A stretch of DNA of 64,000 nt, taken from contig CM060731.1 of the NCBI GenBank assembly GCA_030704615.1, positions 56,296,001 to 56,360,000 on the forward strand, written 5' to 3'. The first letter of the stretch is position 1. The number at the start of each line of letters is the position of its first letter. Shown in pieces: positions 12,758 through 25,320 of this stretch. The notes beneath the pieces are model-generated. The model was not told the DNA's origin and ran no database searches. It saw only the letters and a list, made by a program, of their open reading frames with translations. Source of the DNA: Takakia lepidozioides (lineage: Eukaryota > Plantae > Bryophyta). A program made the translations under genes and the position numbers.

Positions 12758-13854
12758 ATCAATGGATGACTCACCTTTGCCGTGCAGCTCCAGGCAATAC
12801 AGCAGCAGGCCCAAAGTGGCCTTCTAGAAGACTCTTCAAGAGGCCTGGTGAGTGGCTGTGTCTGGTTGTCAAGTTGGTTGCATGTATGTGTGTGCTCTCT
12901 CTCCTATTTTCGTGGAGTCCTTCACCGCACAGGGCTAAGACTATGTGTGCTACCTTAGTCATAACAAGAACTGAAACCAATTGAACCAGGCCAGACCACA
13001 AGTAGAAGAATAACCAGGACTATACCTGCTCACTGACTGCCAGTCTTTCAAGGCCTTGGTGCACTATTTGCAGCTTCACTTTCTATCTTGCCCACACATG
13101 CCAACACAATCGATGTCCCCTTCCATTCATAATAGGGATAAAGTGGCCCATATGATGTCCTGAGGTACCGAGCCTATCCTGTGTAGTTTGTCAAGAAGGG
13201 GGCTTGAGGAACTCAAGGAAAGAAAGAATCTCTAAAACTAGAGAGAGAGAGATAATTAAATTTCTTGGGCACTCCTTCAACGGTAGACAATACCTTATAC
13301 AACTTCCAGGCTGATCAATATCATTGAAAGACATCATAATCTGAGCATTATCCCGCCTCAAACACAGGAAGATTTATGAGAAATATGTATTATGTTGCAC
13401 ATCACATGTAGCATAAACCAGTATTGAGTGAAGGAGGGAGCTCGAAGCACCTAGCATGGTGACCGAGTACAAAGTTGATAGGTGAATAGAAGAGCTTGAG
13501 GTTTCCCCGATCATGGGCAGGAACTGCAACCAATTTCCCTCAGGAGTTCGTTTGGGCCTTCTTGCAGCCTGCACAACGCCTGCCGCTAGTAGCGTGCCTT
13601 GGAATTAAACACGCTCTTGCATCCTTAGTGCTCCCACATTCGGCATACATGTCCACGAGGGTATTGTTGAATGATGTTTGGGACGATTCCAGCTTTGATG
13701 GTGGCTCGAGCGAGCGAGACTGAAGGAGCCCGCAGAGAAGCTAGAAATTGCGCAGAGCATGGGAAAGAAACAGCGCACAGAGACGGGCTCTCTCGTTTCC
13801 TAACCCAAATGTCTCAAAACCTAAATTTCTCATGCGGTTTGGTAGCATAGTTGG

Positions 13855-13935
13855 ATAAGTGCAGGTTCCGGGTTCAATTCCTGCTATGTCCTGTGTGTAT
13901 ATTTCGTGACATGTTATTCTGGGGGTGACGTTTCT
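13855..13935 (+). mobile_element. tRNA-like SINE head remnant (related to 21478-21550)
   Basis: A-box-like TAGCATAGTTGG followed by ggttccgGGTTCAATTCCtgcta; 21506-21538 reads ggttctgGGTTCAAATCCtgcta. No intact cloverleaf. Confidence 0.4.
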
Positions 13936-14218
13936 TTTTGTGTATGCCAATGTCTTATATGAAAAGGAGGTTAAACTTTCCTCCTCCGCAAGGGCCTGAA
14001 TGGATGGATGGATAACAATGAGCGGATGAAATATCTAGTGTCTATTGCAAATGGCTATTTATTGGGGAAGGTATTATCTTGATAGGTAGGTATTAAGTGG
14101 TGAAGGTACATCAGGAGAAAAGCACCTCAGCGTGGTCTCTCCCTTAAGGGAGGAGCCAATAATGTATTCTAAAAATATTATCAGACTAATGTGTTATAGA
14201 TTCATAATGAAAACCAAA

Positions 14219-14620
14219 GGGGCCTGATTTATGAGCTCTCGTTCCCAGGTTTCTCTTACAAGTAAAAATATAACTAATCATCTTTCCGGAAATTATACGA
14301 GCCCAGACGAATTTATGAAATGATGGGGAAAAACAAACCCCGTAGCCGTATCAAAGCCATGAGGTTTGTATGTACTAAATACTCAGAATTTATGTTGAAA
14401 GCTGTCAACAGATTAATGTTTTCACATATGAAATAGTTGAGTATTCCATCCTAAAATGGTTTATTAGCGCTCATGATTGTGTCATTGGTCTCTATCCTAG
14501 AAAGATAATAGTCAAGATAGAACTTGTTATAGGAAATTTTACAGAACCTCGTTGAAAAATGATGTCGGCTATTTCATTACTTCAAACAAATATATATTGA
14601 CAGCTCGCAAATCAGGCCCC
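14219..14620. mobile_element. MITE (PIF/Harbinger-like) with ~19-bp TIRs
   Basis: GGGGCCTGATTTATGAGCT ... AGCTCGCAAATCAGGCCCC, followed by TTA; TSD not cleanly matched; same terminus again at ~22295. Confidence 0.55.
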
Positions 14621-15060
14621 TTAATAGTGAGAGGAGAAAATAACCTCTTTCACAGTAACCCTGCCACGAGAAATATTGCGATCCTGATGATGGGCATATG
14701 AAACATCTACACCATTTCCTTTATTTATCTATTTTATTATTATTATTATTTGAAAATTACAGGGGACAAAGAGTGCTGAGGACTTTGTTTGGAATTATTA
14801 TGGGGAAAAAAAATAAAACCCCTTGGTACACCATTGAGGCCTTTATTTGTTCATTTAAATCCTGGGAGCGATAGCTCAATAAACATATAATTTGGACTAC
14901 CCTTGATTGGGCGACTATGTTGGAAGTCCACTTGTTCGTAAAGAATGTATTTAGGGAAACCAATGGTAGAACGTGCATCACTACAACTATGTTATTTTCT
15001 AGATTATAAATGAAAAAAATTGAAGTAAACGTTCATTAAAATTTTATGATAGTACTACCA

Positions 15061-15720
15061 TAATGGGATAGACGGTTAGGCAGAAATTAATTCGAAAAAA
15101 ACGTGCTTAATCCTTTTTTTATTTTTTTTACAAGAATGCCTAATTAAAAATTCTCTTCAAAGAGTGCCTAATTTTCAAAATTTTCTCTAAAATGCCTAAT
15201 GGTATAACGACTTGAAATTAAATTATAAAATTAAATTCAAAATTAAAAAAAATCTAAAAATGATATCCAGTTTTTTTCTACTTCATACTAGGTATTTGAT
15301 GCTTATACTAGCTCCAAATAACCTCCATAGGCCCTTGTGTTGACTCAACTATCTCATCATAATTAGCCTGGTATCCGACTCTCCTTCGGACTCTGAATTA
15401 TTATTGAAATTAGGAAGAGCTCCTTCGGACTCTAAATTATTATTGAGATTAGGAAGCTCTTCGTCTACAATATGCAGATTTGCCAAACAACTACTCATTC
15501 TATCAACTACACTGAGATCAAGATAGATGTCAGGGACATCTTCCATAACAATAAGAGGAAACTTGCGAGGGCAGGCTAGGTAGCGGCTGAGTTTTCATTT
15601 AAAACCTCATCAGTTTTCAATTTTCATCCATGGCAGCAGTTGTATTTTGTCATTATTTTTTATTTGCCTAATTTGAAAAAATTATTAGGCAGGCAAGTGC
15701 CTAACCGGCTAGGATCACTA
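15061..15720. mobile_element. hAT-like non-autonomous remnant
   Basis: Imperfect inverted ends (TAATGGGATAGACGGTTAGGCA vs reverse complement TAGTGATCCTAGCCGGTTAGGCA) and repeated TGCCTAA subterminal motifs; no matching TSD. Confidence 0.4.
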
Positions 15721-16600
15721 CGCCGGTATAAGTTTTCTATGAATTGCAATATATTTGCACATATTATTGTATGGCACAATGGTGTTGCATGGATGGGAGT
15801 CAAGCTTCACCATGTTCACCCATGTGAAGGCTTACATGTTTGAATGTATGTCATGACTTGGGCCTCCAGCTATGGCATACGGCTATAGTCACATGCAGCC
15901 ACATGGCATGTCATACTACCATAGCTATGCAGCCGGCGTTCGCCGGCTGCCAGGTGTCACTCTCGGGTCCTGCCGAAGTGAAGGGCCAAGTCATCGGGCG
16001 AGCACGCACCCAAGCGAATAGTCCATAATATTCCTGATATTTCACGGGCGGCAGTTAATGCGAGGGTCGAAAATAGACAGTGAGGGAGTGCCGGGTAGCG
16101 GCGGGTGGGGCGGGGTAGGCGGCATCCATGGGGAGGAAGAAGACGGCCGACTGTATCTACGTGACCTCGTGAGCGCTCATCACTGCACCCACATGCCGGT
16201 GGCCACGAAGGGAATCACGTTAAAAGGAGGGGGTACGCAGGTCGACTATAGATAGTCTCGTGTATGTTCCTATGTTCCTTCGATTCCTCTACATGGACGA
16301 CAACAGCTAGCCCGCAGCTGGAAGCATGGCACGTTAGCTATCCGGAGGAGAGCTGGAAGGCGGTTGACCGGAGCAGTGAAAGGTCACCGGGGGTTCCAGG
16401 CTCATGGGTCGGTTGTCTTCACTCGCGCCTGATCGCTTTGCAGGTGCAAAAGACGCTGCAAACTTGAGCTCAGAGCTCTGCATACTTTGTGTCCCACGAT
16501 TCCTAGGTGAGGCTTTCTCCGGGCGACTCTCTTAACACTGCGCAGCGCAACAATCTAGCAAGTCATCGGGGTCGCAAGAGAATTTTCCTGCCAGCGAAAT

Positions 16601-19600
16601 ATGGACTCACATGCTGGAAAGTCATTCGACCAAGGAATGAAAGCGCTAGAAGATAAAGCTTTGAGTGGGGATGAAATCAGCAAGCATAAGAGTAGCAGGG
16701 ATGCATGGATCACAGTGGATGGGCGCGTTTATGATATCACGAATTTTCTCGATATCCATCCGGGAGGTGCTGAGGTGCGTAATGTATAGACAACTTCTTT
16801 CATGAACCTGAAGAGCCGTACTCAGCTTTAACCGCCTCAATGATAAGATCTCGAGCAAAGTTCCCCTGCTCAAAATTGTCGTCTAATTTGCTCTTTCCTG
16901 AGGTCACCGACATCTGGAGCCACAGCACCCATAATTTTCATTCACGACTCACGGTCTGTGATATGCATGTGTCTCTAGAAAATGTAGCATATGTTTGGCG
17001 TATTTCGAGGATCAAGTTCGTAAATTTTGGGGAGACCTGCAGTTCGGTATCTTGAAGTTTATCGAGCTACACATTATACATATTTAACGATGTTCATGGT
17101 TTGCGGGCCCTTCATGAAGTAGACTTCTGGATTTCGCGTTTGAGTAGGTTTCTGCATGTATAGACGTAGCTATCTAGATGGAGATCCACATGTAGATCTA
17201 ATGCTTGCAAACGTAATGCTGGCATTTGAATGATCTCTACAAGTCAGTGTTTCAGTACTGTGTAAGGTCACCAATTGTGCCGGAAGTTTCAGTCGATAGT
17301 AGTTACCAACGATGTAGCACTTCCCCTTCTCCGACATGTGAGGGATGGGCCCTGCTCGGGGGCCTGTACAGTTGTATGTGACAGTTTTGATTCTGGTGCC
17401 AGATCATTATGGAGCACTTGAACGAGGCGGATGCAGGGAAAGTGATGAGAGGGCAAGCGCGCTATGTGCCCGACTCCCATGTGCACAGCAAATATGCATT
17501 TCGCATGCTGCAGAAGTTTCTCGTTGGACGCGTCAGTGAGCCCCAAGGGTACTAAGCCTTTTCCTCTTTCCTTCTCTCCTTGATCAAGTGGACCATGCAG
17601 GTGACATTAACCTTCCATTAACAGGCCTGTATAATTTGCATGTTTTGCATGTTTTACGAACGGTCGTGCCTGGTAAACTGCCCAAAGATTGGACCCAACC
17701 TCAGGACTCATATGTATAAATTGGTGAGGGTGGACAGCTCAACCTTTTGGATGTGCAATCTTGAGCATCACTGGGCATTAACTAACTAGTACATGAGACA
17801 TTAATTACAGCTCATGCACTATCAAGGTTCAGAAGACTCGATTTCTGTAGATTATGTGCCAGGGTTCCATGTACAGAGTTCTCAGCAGCTCACTTCGTGA
17901 GCAGATTATGTATATATGTAATGCTCGAGCCCTCACGAGTTTAGCAGCGTGCACTACCCCGGGAGTTCGGGGTGCTTTTAGAACTGATAAGGGCCTAGGT
18001 AATATACTGCTCGCGCGTAAACTTGGGAGCTTGGACGTAAGCTCCCTTTGCAAGTGGCTTACGCTGGAAGGGCACCGGATGATGGGTAGACACCGGATCT
18101 CACGTCATTAAAGAGTGGTCAATTTCCACTGTGAAATTGGGCCATTATGGTTATCAAAACTTGTGTTTTCAGGTTGGTCGCTGAAATCCTCACAGCTCTG
18201 AGAGCTGAACTAGTAACAAAGGATTTCAACTAAGTTGGCATGAGTTACTTTCCGTGATATCAGAGATCAAGACATGTTGGAGTCATCAAGCCGCAGCAAT
18301 TTGGGAGGGAACGGTTACCGAGTAGACTTGACGAAGCCTCTTGTATTTCAGGTTAGATGTCATGATCCTCTCACGCCATTTTTTGTTGTGTCGAGGGCGA
18401 CCCCCTTAATTCTCTGTACCAGGAAGTTCACAAGGATGCGGATCGACTTTCAGTAGGTGTGGAGTTGAAAGTGGTTCGAGCTAAATGCCACTCTCGAGTG
18501 TAGCTAGGCAATGAGTCAGAAAGTGCTAGGCACTAGACAACGAACCTGGCCCACAATGCTTACCTGGGCATGATTGACTGCAACTACATATCTGATGATT
18601 AGGACGTAGGAGAAGCTGGCTCCGTCCAAGATTTATCAGCCTTTTGAGTCAAGAATTTGTCGCGATACAGGTTGGACAGCTGGGAGCTGATTATGACAAG
18701 TGGGTACATGATCCAATCGTGTGCAAGGAAACCCCGCGCTTCTTCGAAAGTGACTTGGCCGAGGTATGTATTCTGGGACCAAAAAGCACTGCATCCTGAC
18801 CATCCTACCAAAGTTCTCGGATGACTGTCAAACAATATATACGACAATAGATCTATGAAATTCTCCATCTTACTGAACGTCTTTCCATGTCTTTCCTGTA
18901 TTTGCAGTCTTTAACTCGGACAAAGTGGTGGATGATACCACTAGTGTGGGGACCACTAGTAATATGGCTAGAGGTACTGGCACTGAGAGACTTGAGCGCA
19001 CCGGTCTTGCCACCGTCGATGATAGCAGGAGCTTTCATTTGGACGTTCATTGAGTACCTGTTGCACCGCTATCTCTTTCATATGAAAGTTTAGAGAAAGT
19101 GGTGAGTTTTTCAGATTTTGAACAATCAATCTCGTTAAATTTTGTGTTGCTTGGAGCACCCTCGCGTGTGAAATGCTCTTAAACTTGTGGCCAGTTGAAT
19201 TATCTTGTAGGGCCCTGACACCTAATGTTCATTTCAAATGACTTGAACTCGCTTCAATGCTCGTGAGTGCAATTTACAGTCACTGGTCGTTTCAGGAGCT
19301 TACGTAAACTCTTTTCGTGACAGGAACATAACGCTGCACTACTTTCTTCACGGCTTCCACCACAAACATCCCATGGACGGAACGCGCTTAGTTTTCCCCC
19401 CGGCGGCAAGTCATAAAATATTTTTGGGCATAGTAAGTCAACTGACCAATCCATCTTCACTTGGTCCGGTAGAGGAGGTGCGTCTTGGGGTCCTAATTCA
19501 CCTGGAATCCTGTCAAAAATAAATCCATAGTGATACTGCGTCGCAATAGAACAGAGCAAACCAGAAATTTTGAGCAGAAAAATCAGAGCCGCATACATAT

Positions 19601-21333
19601 AGACATCATGATAACGATGAAGAGGTTCGTATAGCCTGATAACCTGAGATATCACTATATCCTCGTGCCCTCATCCTCGACACTGTCGTTTTGGTTGTAA
19701 GTCCATTGCAGCTCTCCTTCTTTCATTGCACCTACACCACATGGGGCTCTCTCTTGGCTACTGTCCTCTCTCTAACTCTTCCGCCCACCAAGTACCCCAA
19801 ACTCACGGGCCTCACAATCATAGAGAATCATCGGAATCAACATTGTATGATTTTGATGATTCTCTCCTTTATCAGTTGTATCGCCAAGTGGGCCCCACTT
19901 GCAGTCGCCATTTTAGACCCACGAGCAGGGGGCTCGGTGGGTGGAACCACATGCAGGCGGCACATGTATTCAGACATCGTCAGATGTCCACCCTCCTTTA
20001 GCCGATTTGAAGATTAGGAACATATGCGGTTGAAACAAGAGGTAGAGAATCATTTGCCTACTTATACCTAGAGAACCTGAGTGATAACTTCAGAACAGAA
20101 CTTACATGATCCAGTGCATGTCTACAGTGGTAAGCCAAACTTAGGGCCTCTTTAGACTACAGACCCAAAAAGTGTAAGCCAATGAATAAGCGCCACCTAT
20201 TCACTAAGGGTAACCCGTTCATTAAATGCTTATGACAGTTGATTTAGAAATAGTATCCAAGGAGTCTTAAGACTATCGAGGAAAAGGGGTACCCGGTCCT
20301 GGCTATAGGGCACCCAATAAACTGTAAAGACCCAGCCAGCATTTCTTAGTTAGAGAGCATGGCACCTTAGGTGGCGGGATTTTTCCGCCAGGTGCTCTCG
20401 AGGAAAGGAGGCACCCTAGCAAGGTTTCTGCTCTCTTGAGCAGCCCCGAACAAGGAAATCTCAGCCATCAAACTCAGAAATCCTTGCTGTTTCATTACGG
20501 AGGACGGGGCCTCACCCTACAAAAATGCCAGTTAAGATCAATCAAATGTAACTTAAACATCCTGTTCTCCTGGATCTAAGCTCAAATTCAAGATTGTTCA
20601 AGGATTAATTTCCTTATCCTCTAATATCTGTCGGTTCAGCAAGGGCTGAAAGTTTGTTTCGAGTGGGGTCTGGATAAGTCGACTCAATCGGGTTGTCGTT
20701 GAAGTAAATTACAGTGACCATTTTCGCCAGCATTTGAACTGGCGGGTTCAAATTATCTTGTGGGTCCCAGTCGGAAGCTGTGATGTTGAAGATTTGTAGG
20801 GTGCGTGCATGCAGATCTGGATAGTGACAGAGCCTTTGGCTAAGTATGTGGTGGGCAAGCCCATCAAGATAGCGATGTTTGGAGGGGGCTTGCTTATGTA
20901 TGTTGCGTATGATCTCACCCACTATTTCCTGCACTTCGGTACTCCTTTCAACGACGTATCCCATAAAATGAAGGTATTGTGTAGCTACCTGTGGCGTCTC
21001 AAGATGTGCATCTATGATTTGGTTGTCCTGAATGTTGAAATCCTCTTCCAAGTTGGCTGTTGAGTGGCATGTATTATTCACCGTGTGGGTTGCAGTTGAT
21101 TCTTGGATCTTCTGCAGTAGAGATTCTACAGAGGGGAGGGATTTGAACCCGATTACGCAGGGACTGACATAGCGGACGTCTACTTAGGAATATGGCGTGG
21201 TTGCTTTTTGCAGCGCTGGCACACTGACCACCATTTCAAGGAGCAGACCGCTTCGTTTGGAGTAACAAGCGTATTGTGGGATCGGATTTTTCAGACGCTG
21301 CCAAGCTCGCCTCAACATCGCGCAACCACCTAA
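16601..21333 (+). CDS. FAH: Cytochrome b5-fused sphingolipid fatty acid 2-hydroxylase (Scs7/FA2H architecture), 8 exons, one in-frame TAG at 19091-19093
   Basis: Exons 16601-16774, 17403-17548, 18264-18351, 18671-18763, 18908-19101, 19324-19432, 20815-20973, 21214-21333, all GT-AG and phase-consistent. b5 motifs HPGG and HSKYA; VDLTKPLVFQVG; His boxes HRYLFH, HGFHHKHPMD, HYFLH, HTDHH; FGVTS. Confidence 0.92.
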
Positions 21334-21560
21334 TCCCGCTCTATCTCTGTACATCAATCTGATCTTCGGTCCCAACACACTCGGATAGTGCCCTAATTAT
21401 GTAGAACGAGTGCCGCTATAATAATGCCTAATTTATATCGGTGTAGTTGTCGAAAAACTGAAGGATAAATAGATTCCACCAGTATTGGATAGTGCACGGG
21501 GAGTGCCATCCAGGTGGTTCTGGGTTCAAATCCTGCTACCTTGACGGGTGTGGTATTATA

Positions 21561-22210
21561 CAGTGTTGGACTGGTATACCTGGTTTAACCTAGGTATGGA
21601 ATACAGGTATGAATATATATATTGAAGAACATACCAGTCGGGTATGAAAGAACCAGTGTACCCATGTGATACACGTACTGGGGGAGTATGGCTTTAGGAT
21701 TCCCCGCACACATACCATACCAGTCTGGGTATATGGAGGAATAGCATGGTCCCGATACCAGTATTGCGGTGAGTTCATGGCGAATGGAGGTAGGTATGAG
21801 TATATGTTAGTGCAGCTAGTTATACCCTGTACTACAATTTGGTTAATTCAAGGCTCCATGTTGCAATTTAGACTTCATTTGCTGTTTCGTGCTACTTTGG
21901 GTTACCTTTTGCCTAGTGTTTCACGGCTTGAATTAAAATTAGCTATGTGCTAAATGACATTTATTCTATGTATGGTGAGCTGTAGAAATACCATACCAGT
22001 GCTCATACCCCCCCAATATCACTACAGAGAAAGGGCAATACTAGTACCATACTCATATATAGCCCAAAGTATAACTACTCATACCAGATTCATACCCAAG
22101 TTGCTCATACCTGTATAGATACCTATACCAGCCTGGTATGAAAAAATGGTGGGACCCTTCATACCAGGACCAGTCTGGTATTAAAAAATGGACACACCAG
22201 TCCAACACTG
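21561..22210. mobile_element. hAT-family MITE, copy 1
   Basis: Perfect 15-bp TIR CAGTGTTGGACTGGT/ACCAGTCCAACACTG, 8-bp TSD GTATTATA, many (C)ATACCA subterminal motifs. Confidence 0.92.
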
Positions 22211-22744
22211 GTATTATACTCCCCCCCCCTTTGGGTGGTGTCCCTCGACTTTTGCTTGTCACAGCAAGAAGACCGTATTCTCACTCTATTGAAGGGGGCC
22301 TGATTTGTGAGCGGTTGCTCCCTTTACAAGGACAAGGCCCGTATGCCAAGAGGGATATTTAAGAGTGATACATTTGGTAGGAAAAATGCAAGGCAATACT
22401 GGCAAAAAATTATAGTTGAGCTAGGATGCTAGTGTCATCGTGATAATTATGGTTCAAATCTGCTACGTAATTTTCGTGTGATATATACTCATTACCCTTG
22501 GGAACCCATTAGCCTTACTCATGACGAGGCTTGAAAGAGGTTGTTTTTTTATTGTTGCCTTTATTGAAAAGAAACAATTACTAGAAAATTTTGTTTGTAT
22601 GAACTGTAATTTAACATATATTGATGAGAAATAGTGATTGTTGGATTTTAGCATTTTGGGCCTTGGCTATGAGGTAAGGGAAATGAGCGGACACATGAGC
22701 TTCATGCTTTCATTGTGAACTGAGATATATATGAGTAAATGTAA

Positions 22745-23182
22745 GAGTATCTCCTGCAGCACACGACAAAGACACGGGGCTGGCGCCAATATAGTGCGGC
22801 CGTGAAGAGCGGGGCCCAAACTAAACCCCAACGGTGCAATACCGCTAAATAATTTGTGGGGGGGGGGGGGGGGGGGGCGCTCAAATTGGCATTTGCCCCA
22901 CCACATTTGGGCTTATATATGAGGGGCTCCAAACCTGGCCCGCCAGAAGTTTGAATCTCTTTCCTAGCTATACGTGTCTGCAACCCTCATTAATCCACCA
23001 CTTTGCCATGCGAGATAGCCAAAATACCCACTACCAGCGGAGCAAACCTGCCAGCAAGGCCAAGGTAGTGAGGCACCAGGGGGTTTTTTACTCCTCCGCA
23101 ATCTTGGAAATTGGCCCCGCCAAAGGGGCCGGTAGAGTGCATTTGGTGGGGGGAATTTTGGCTTGCACCGGAGGAGATGCTC
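22745..23182. mobile_element. Tourist (PIF/Harbinger) MITE
   Basis: TIR GAGTATCTCCT/AGGAGATGCTC with TAA TSD on both sides. Confidence 0.85.
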
Positions 23183-23249
23183 TAAAGAGGATCAAAATCT
23201 TGTGTTGTAGTATATATCATCAAGTGCAATATATAATATACGACGCCTC

Positions 23250-23402
23250 TCGAAGGAAGCCTAAATTATGGTGTCTCTTGTCTCTTCGCCCCAAACGGCT
23301 AGTGCCTTGGCAGGAAGGTGGATACCTTTCGTGACACCAATAGGTGGATTGAACCCACAACCACCTTCGAGGTGGTATGTGCCCCATGGGCTACAACTTG
23401 GC
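23250..23402 (-). mobile_element. SINE copy (family of 10567-10752)
   Basis: Reverse complement matches the SINE body (ggttcaa..cc, gtatccaccttcc, acaccataa). Confidence 0.65.
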
Positions 23403-23583
23403 TCTATACGTGCATAATGTCTTAGGGCTCATAATTTTGTATTGCCTCGTCCTAATGAGTCTGTTGAGGTGGTGGGCCCACCATCTCATTAACATAGGCC
23501 CCATTACTTGCATGCACATTAATTGGTGAGGACATGAATTTTTTTTGGGTTAGGTAGTTTATAGTTTGTAATACTAACACTAA

Positions 23584-24260
23584 GAGCATCTCCTCCGGTG
23601 CAAGCCAAATGCCCCGCCAAATGCATTGTGCCGGCCCCTTCGACGGGGCCAATTTCCAAAATATGGGAAGAGTAGAAAAGAACCCCTGCCGCGCAAGCCC
23701 AATGCCTCCCTACCTTGGCCTCATTGGCAAGTTTGGATCCCTTCTATGACGTATATGCAACCCAATTAATATTAATATTTTAGTATTTTAATACTTTATT
23801 TAATTTTAATATTTGATGCCTGAAGGAAGCGTAAATTATGGTGTCTCTTCACCTTGAAAGATTACCACCTTCCGCTAGGAAGGTGGAAGGTGGAATATAT
23901 ATATATATGACACCTCCTGAAGGGAGCGTAACTTATGGTGTTACTTCACCACAAGGGCTACTGCCTTCCAGCTGAAAGTGGACACCTTCATGACACACCA
24001 GACCGTGGTTTGAACCCACAACCACATCCAACGTGGTATGTGCCTATTACCACTGGGCATGCTGGTTGTCAGGAAGGTGGACACCTTTGTGACACCAATC
24101 GGTGGATTGAACCCATAACCACTTCCAAGGTGGTATGTGCCCACGCTACAACTTGGTTGTCCGCTGGGGGGATCCAAAGAGATTGGGGGGCCAGATTTGG
24201 AGCCCACTATATAGGCCAAATGTGGCGGGGCAAATGCAAATTTGAGCGGCCCCCCCACAA
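23584..24260. mobile_element. Second Tourist copy, inverted relative to 22745-23182, with nested SINE copies (23815-24160)
   Basis: Starts TAA-GAGCATCTCCT; 23584-23740 and 24186-24260 are reverse complements of 23040-23182 and 22854-22943; far end missing. Confidence 0.75.
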
Positions 24261-24734
24261 ACTCACTACAACACATCTTATGTAATTTCGACAATCTAGT
24301 TTGACGCTGGCGTTGACTGTTGTCACTTTCGACTATTCCAACCATTTTGCAGTCAAAATTTATATTACAATATTCGAGGTGCTAGACAACCACGAAAATT
24401 TTGACTGTAGTGAGAGACTTTGACTACCTAAAATGAGCTGATTGAGACAACCAGTTAAGCAATGGCACGTGTAATCACAATATATAAATTATATAGCAAT
24501 ATATATGTGGATAATAAGAAGTAAAAACATTTAACTACTTTTTCACTAACCCAACACATTAATAGTAAACTAATCGTGTGTTGGTTAAGGTTAGTGCAAA
24601 TGTGGGCTCTTGGCTCCTGTTAGTACCTCGATTTGGTATTCTTCATGATGTTTACAAGGTACTTGGGAGAGTCAGCTTGGTCTTAGCAGGCCGTGTTTCA
24701 ATCTCTGCCTGCTCAGCTACACCGTGGTGGTTCT

Positions 24735-25292
24735 TACAGACCAATCTGTCAGTACCTAACTACAGACACAAGCAGCACACACAAGAGGTTCTTTGGGTTG
24801 ATGGTCAAATCCTCCATGGGTCATGACACAAGGTCAAGGTTGACAATGTGGTGAGGGCACCTTCTTCTTCAACTTATTTCTGCTTGTTTTACGCTCTCAT
24901 TAGACTCGGCCCTGAGATGCATATTGAATTCTGTAAGTTAGCTCGTTGGGTGGATCTGTGGTGGTTAGGAGTGACTTTGACAAGTTACTACCGATGTGGC
25001 GGCAGGAAAGTATCCAAAAACAGATAACATAGAGGAGGAAAAGCTCGTTGGTAGATCTATGGTGGTTTTTGGAGTGATTTTGACATGTTACTGTAGTTAG
25101 GGTTAGGGCTTCAGTGTCAGCTGCTAGCTGCATCAAGGCTGAGGATGTATTCACGATTTGTACAGGATAGCTGAAGGAGTGCAGGGATAGATTGTGGGTC
25201 CAGATTCATCCAAGAGGCCCGGATTTCAAGCTCCAGATTACCTACGATTCCCTGTGGAGGATAGCTACAAGAAACAGATGGTCAACTGGAAT
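24735..25292 (+). pseudogene. OSB-type PDF-motif exons of the PDF-PPR family (N-terminal portion only)
   Basis: acag|TNLSVPNYRHKQHTQEVLWVDG and ccag|IHPRGPDFKLQITYDSLW...GQLE; homologous to 41310-41820 and 47643-48720. Confidence 0.7.
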
Positions 25293-25320
25293 CCGGGCCA
25301 ATAGTCATCTAGCAGCTAGA

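Noticed and set aside
21478-21550. Functional tRNA genes (also 13855, 10570, 21140)
   Set aside because: Only A/B-box-like heads without a full cloverleaf; SINE-like.
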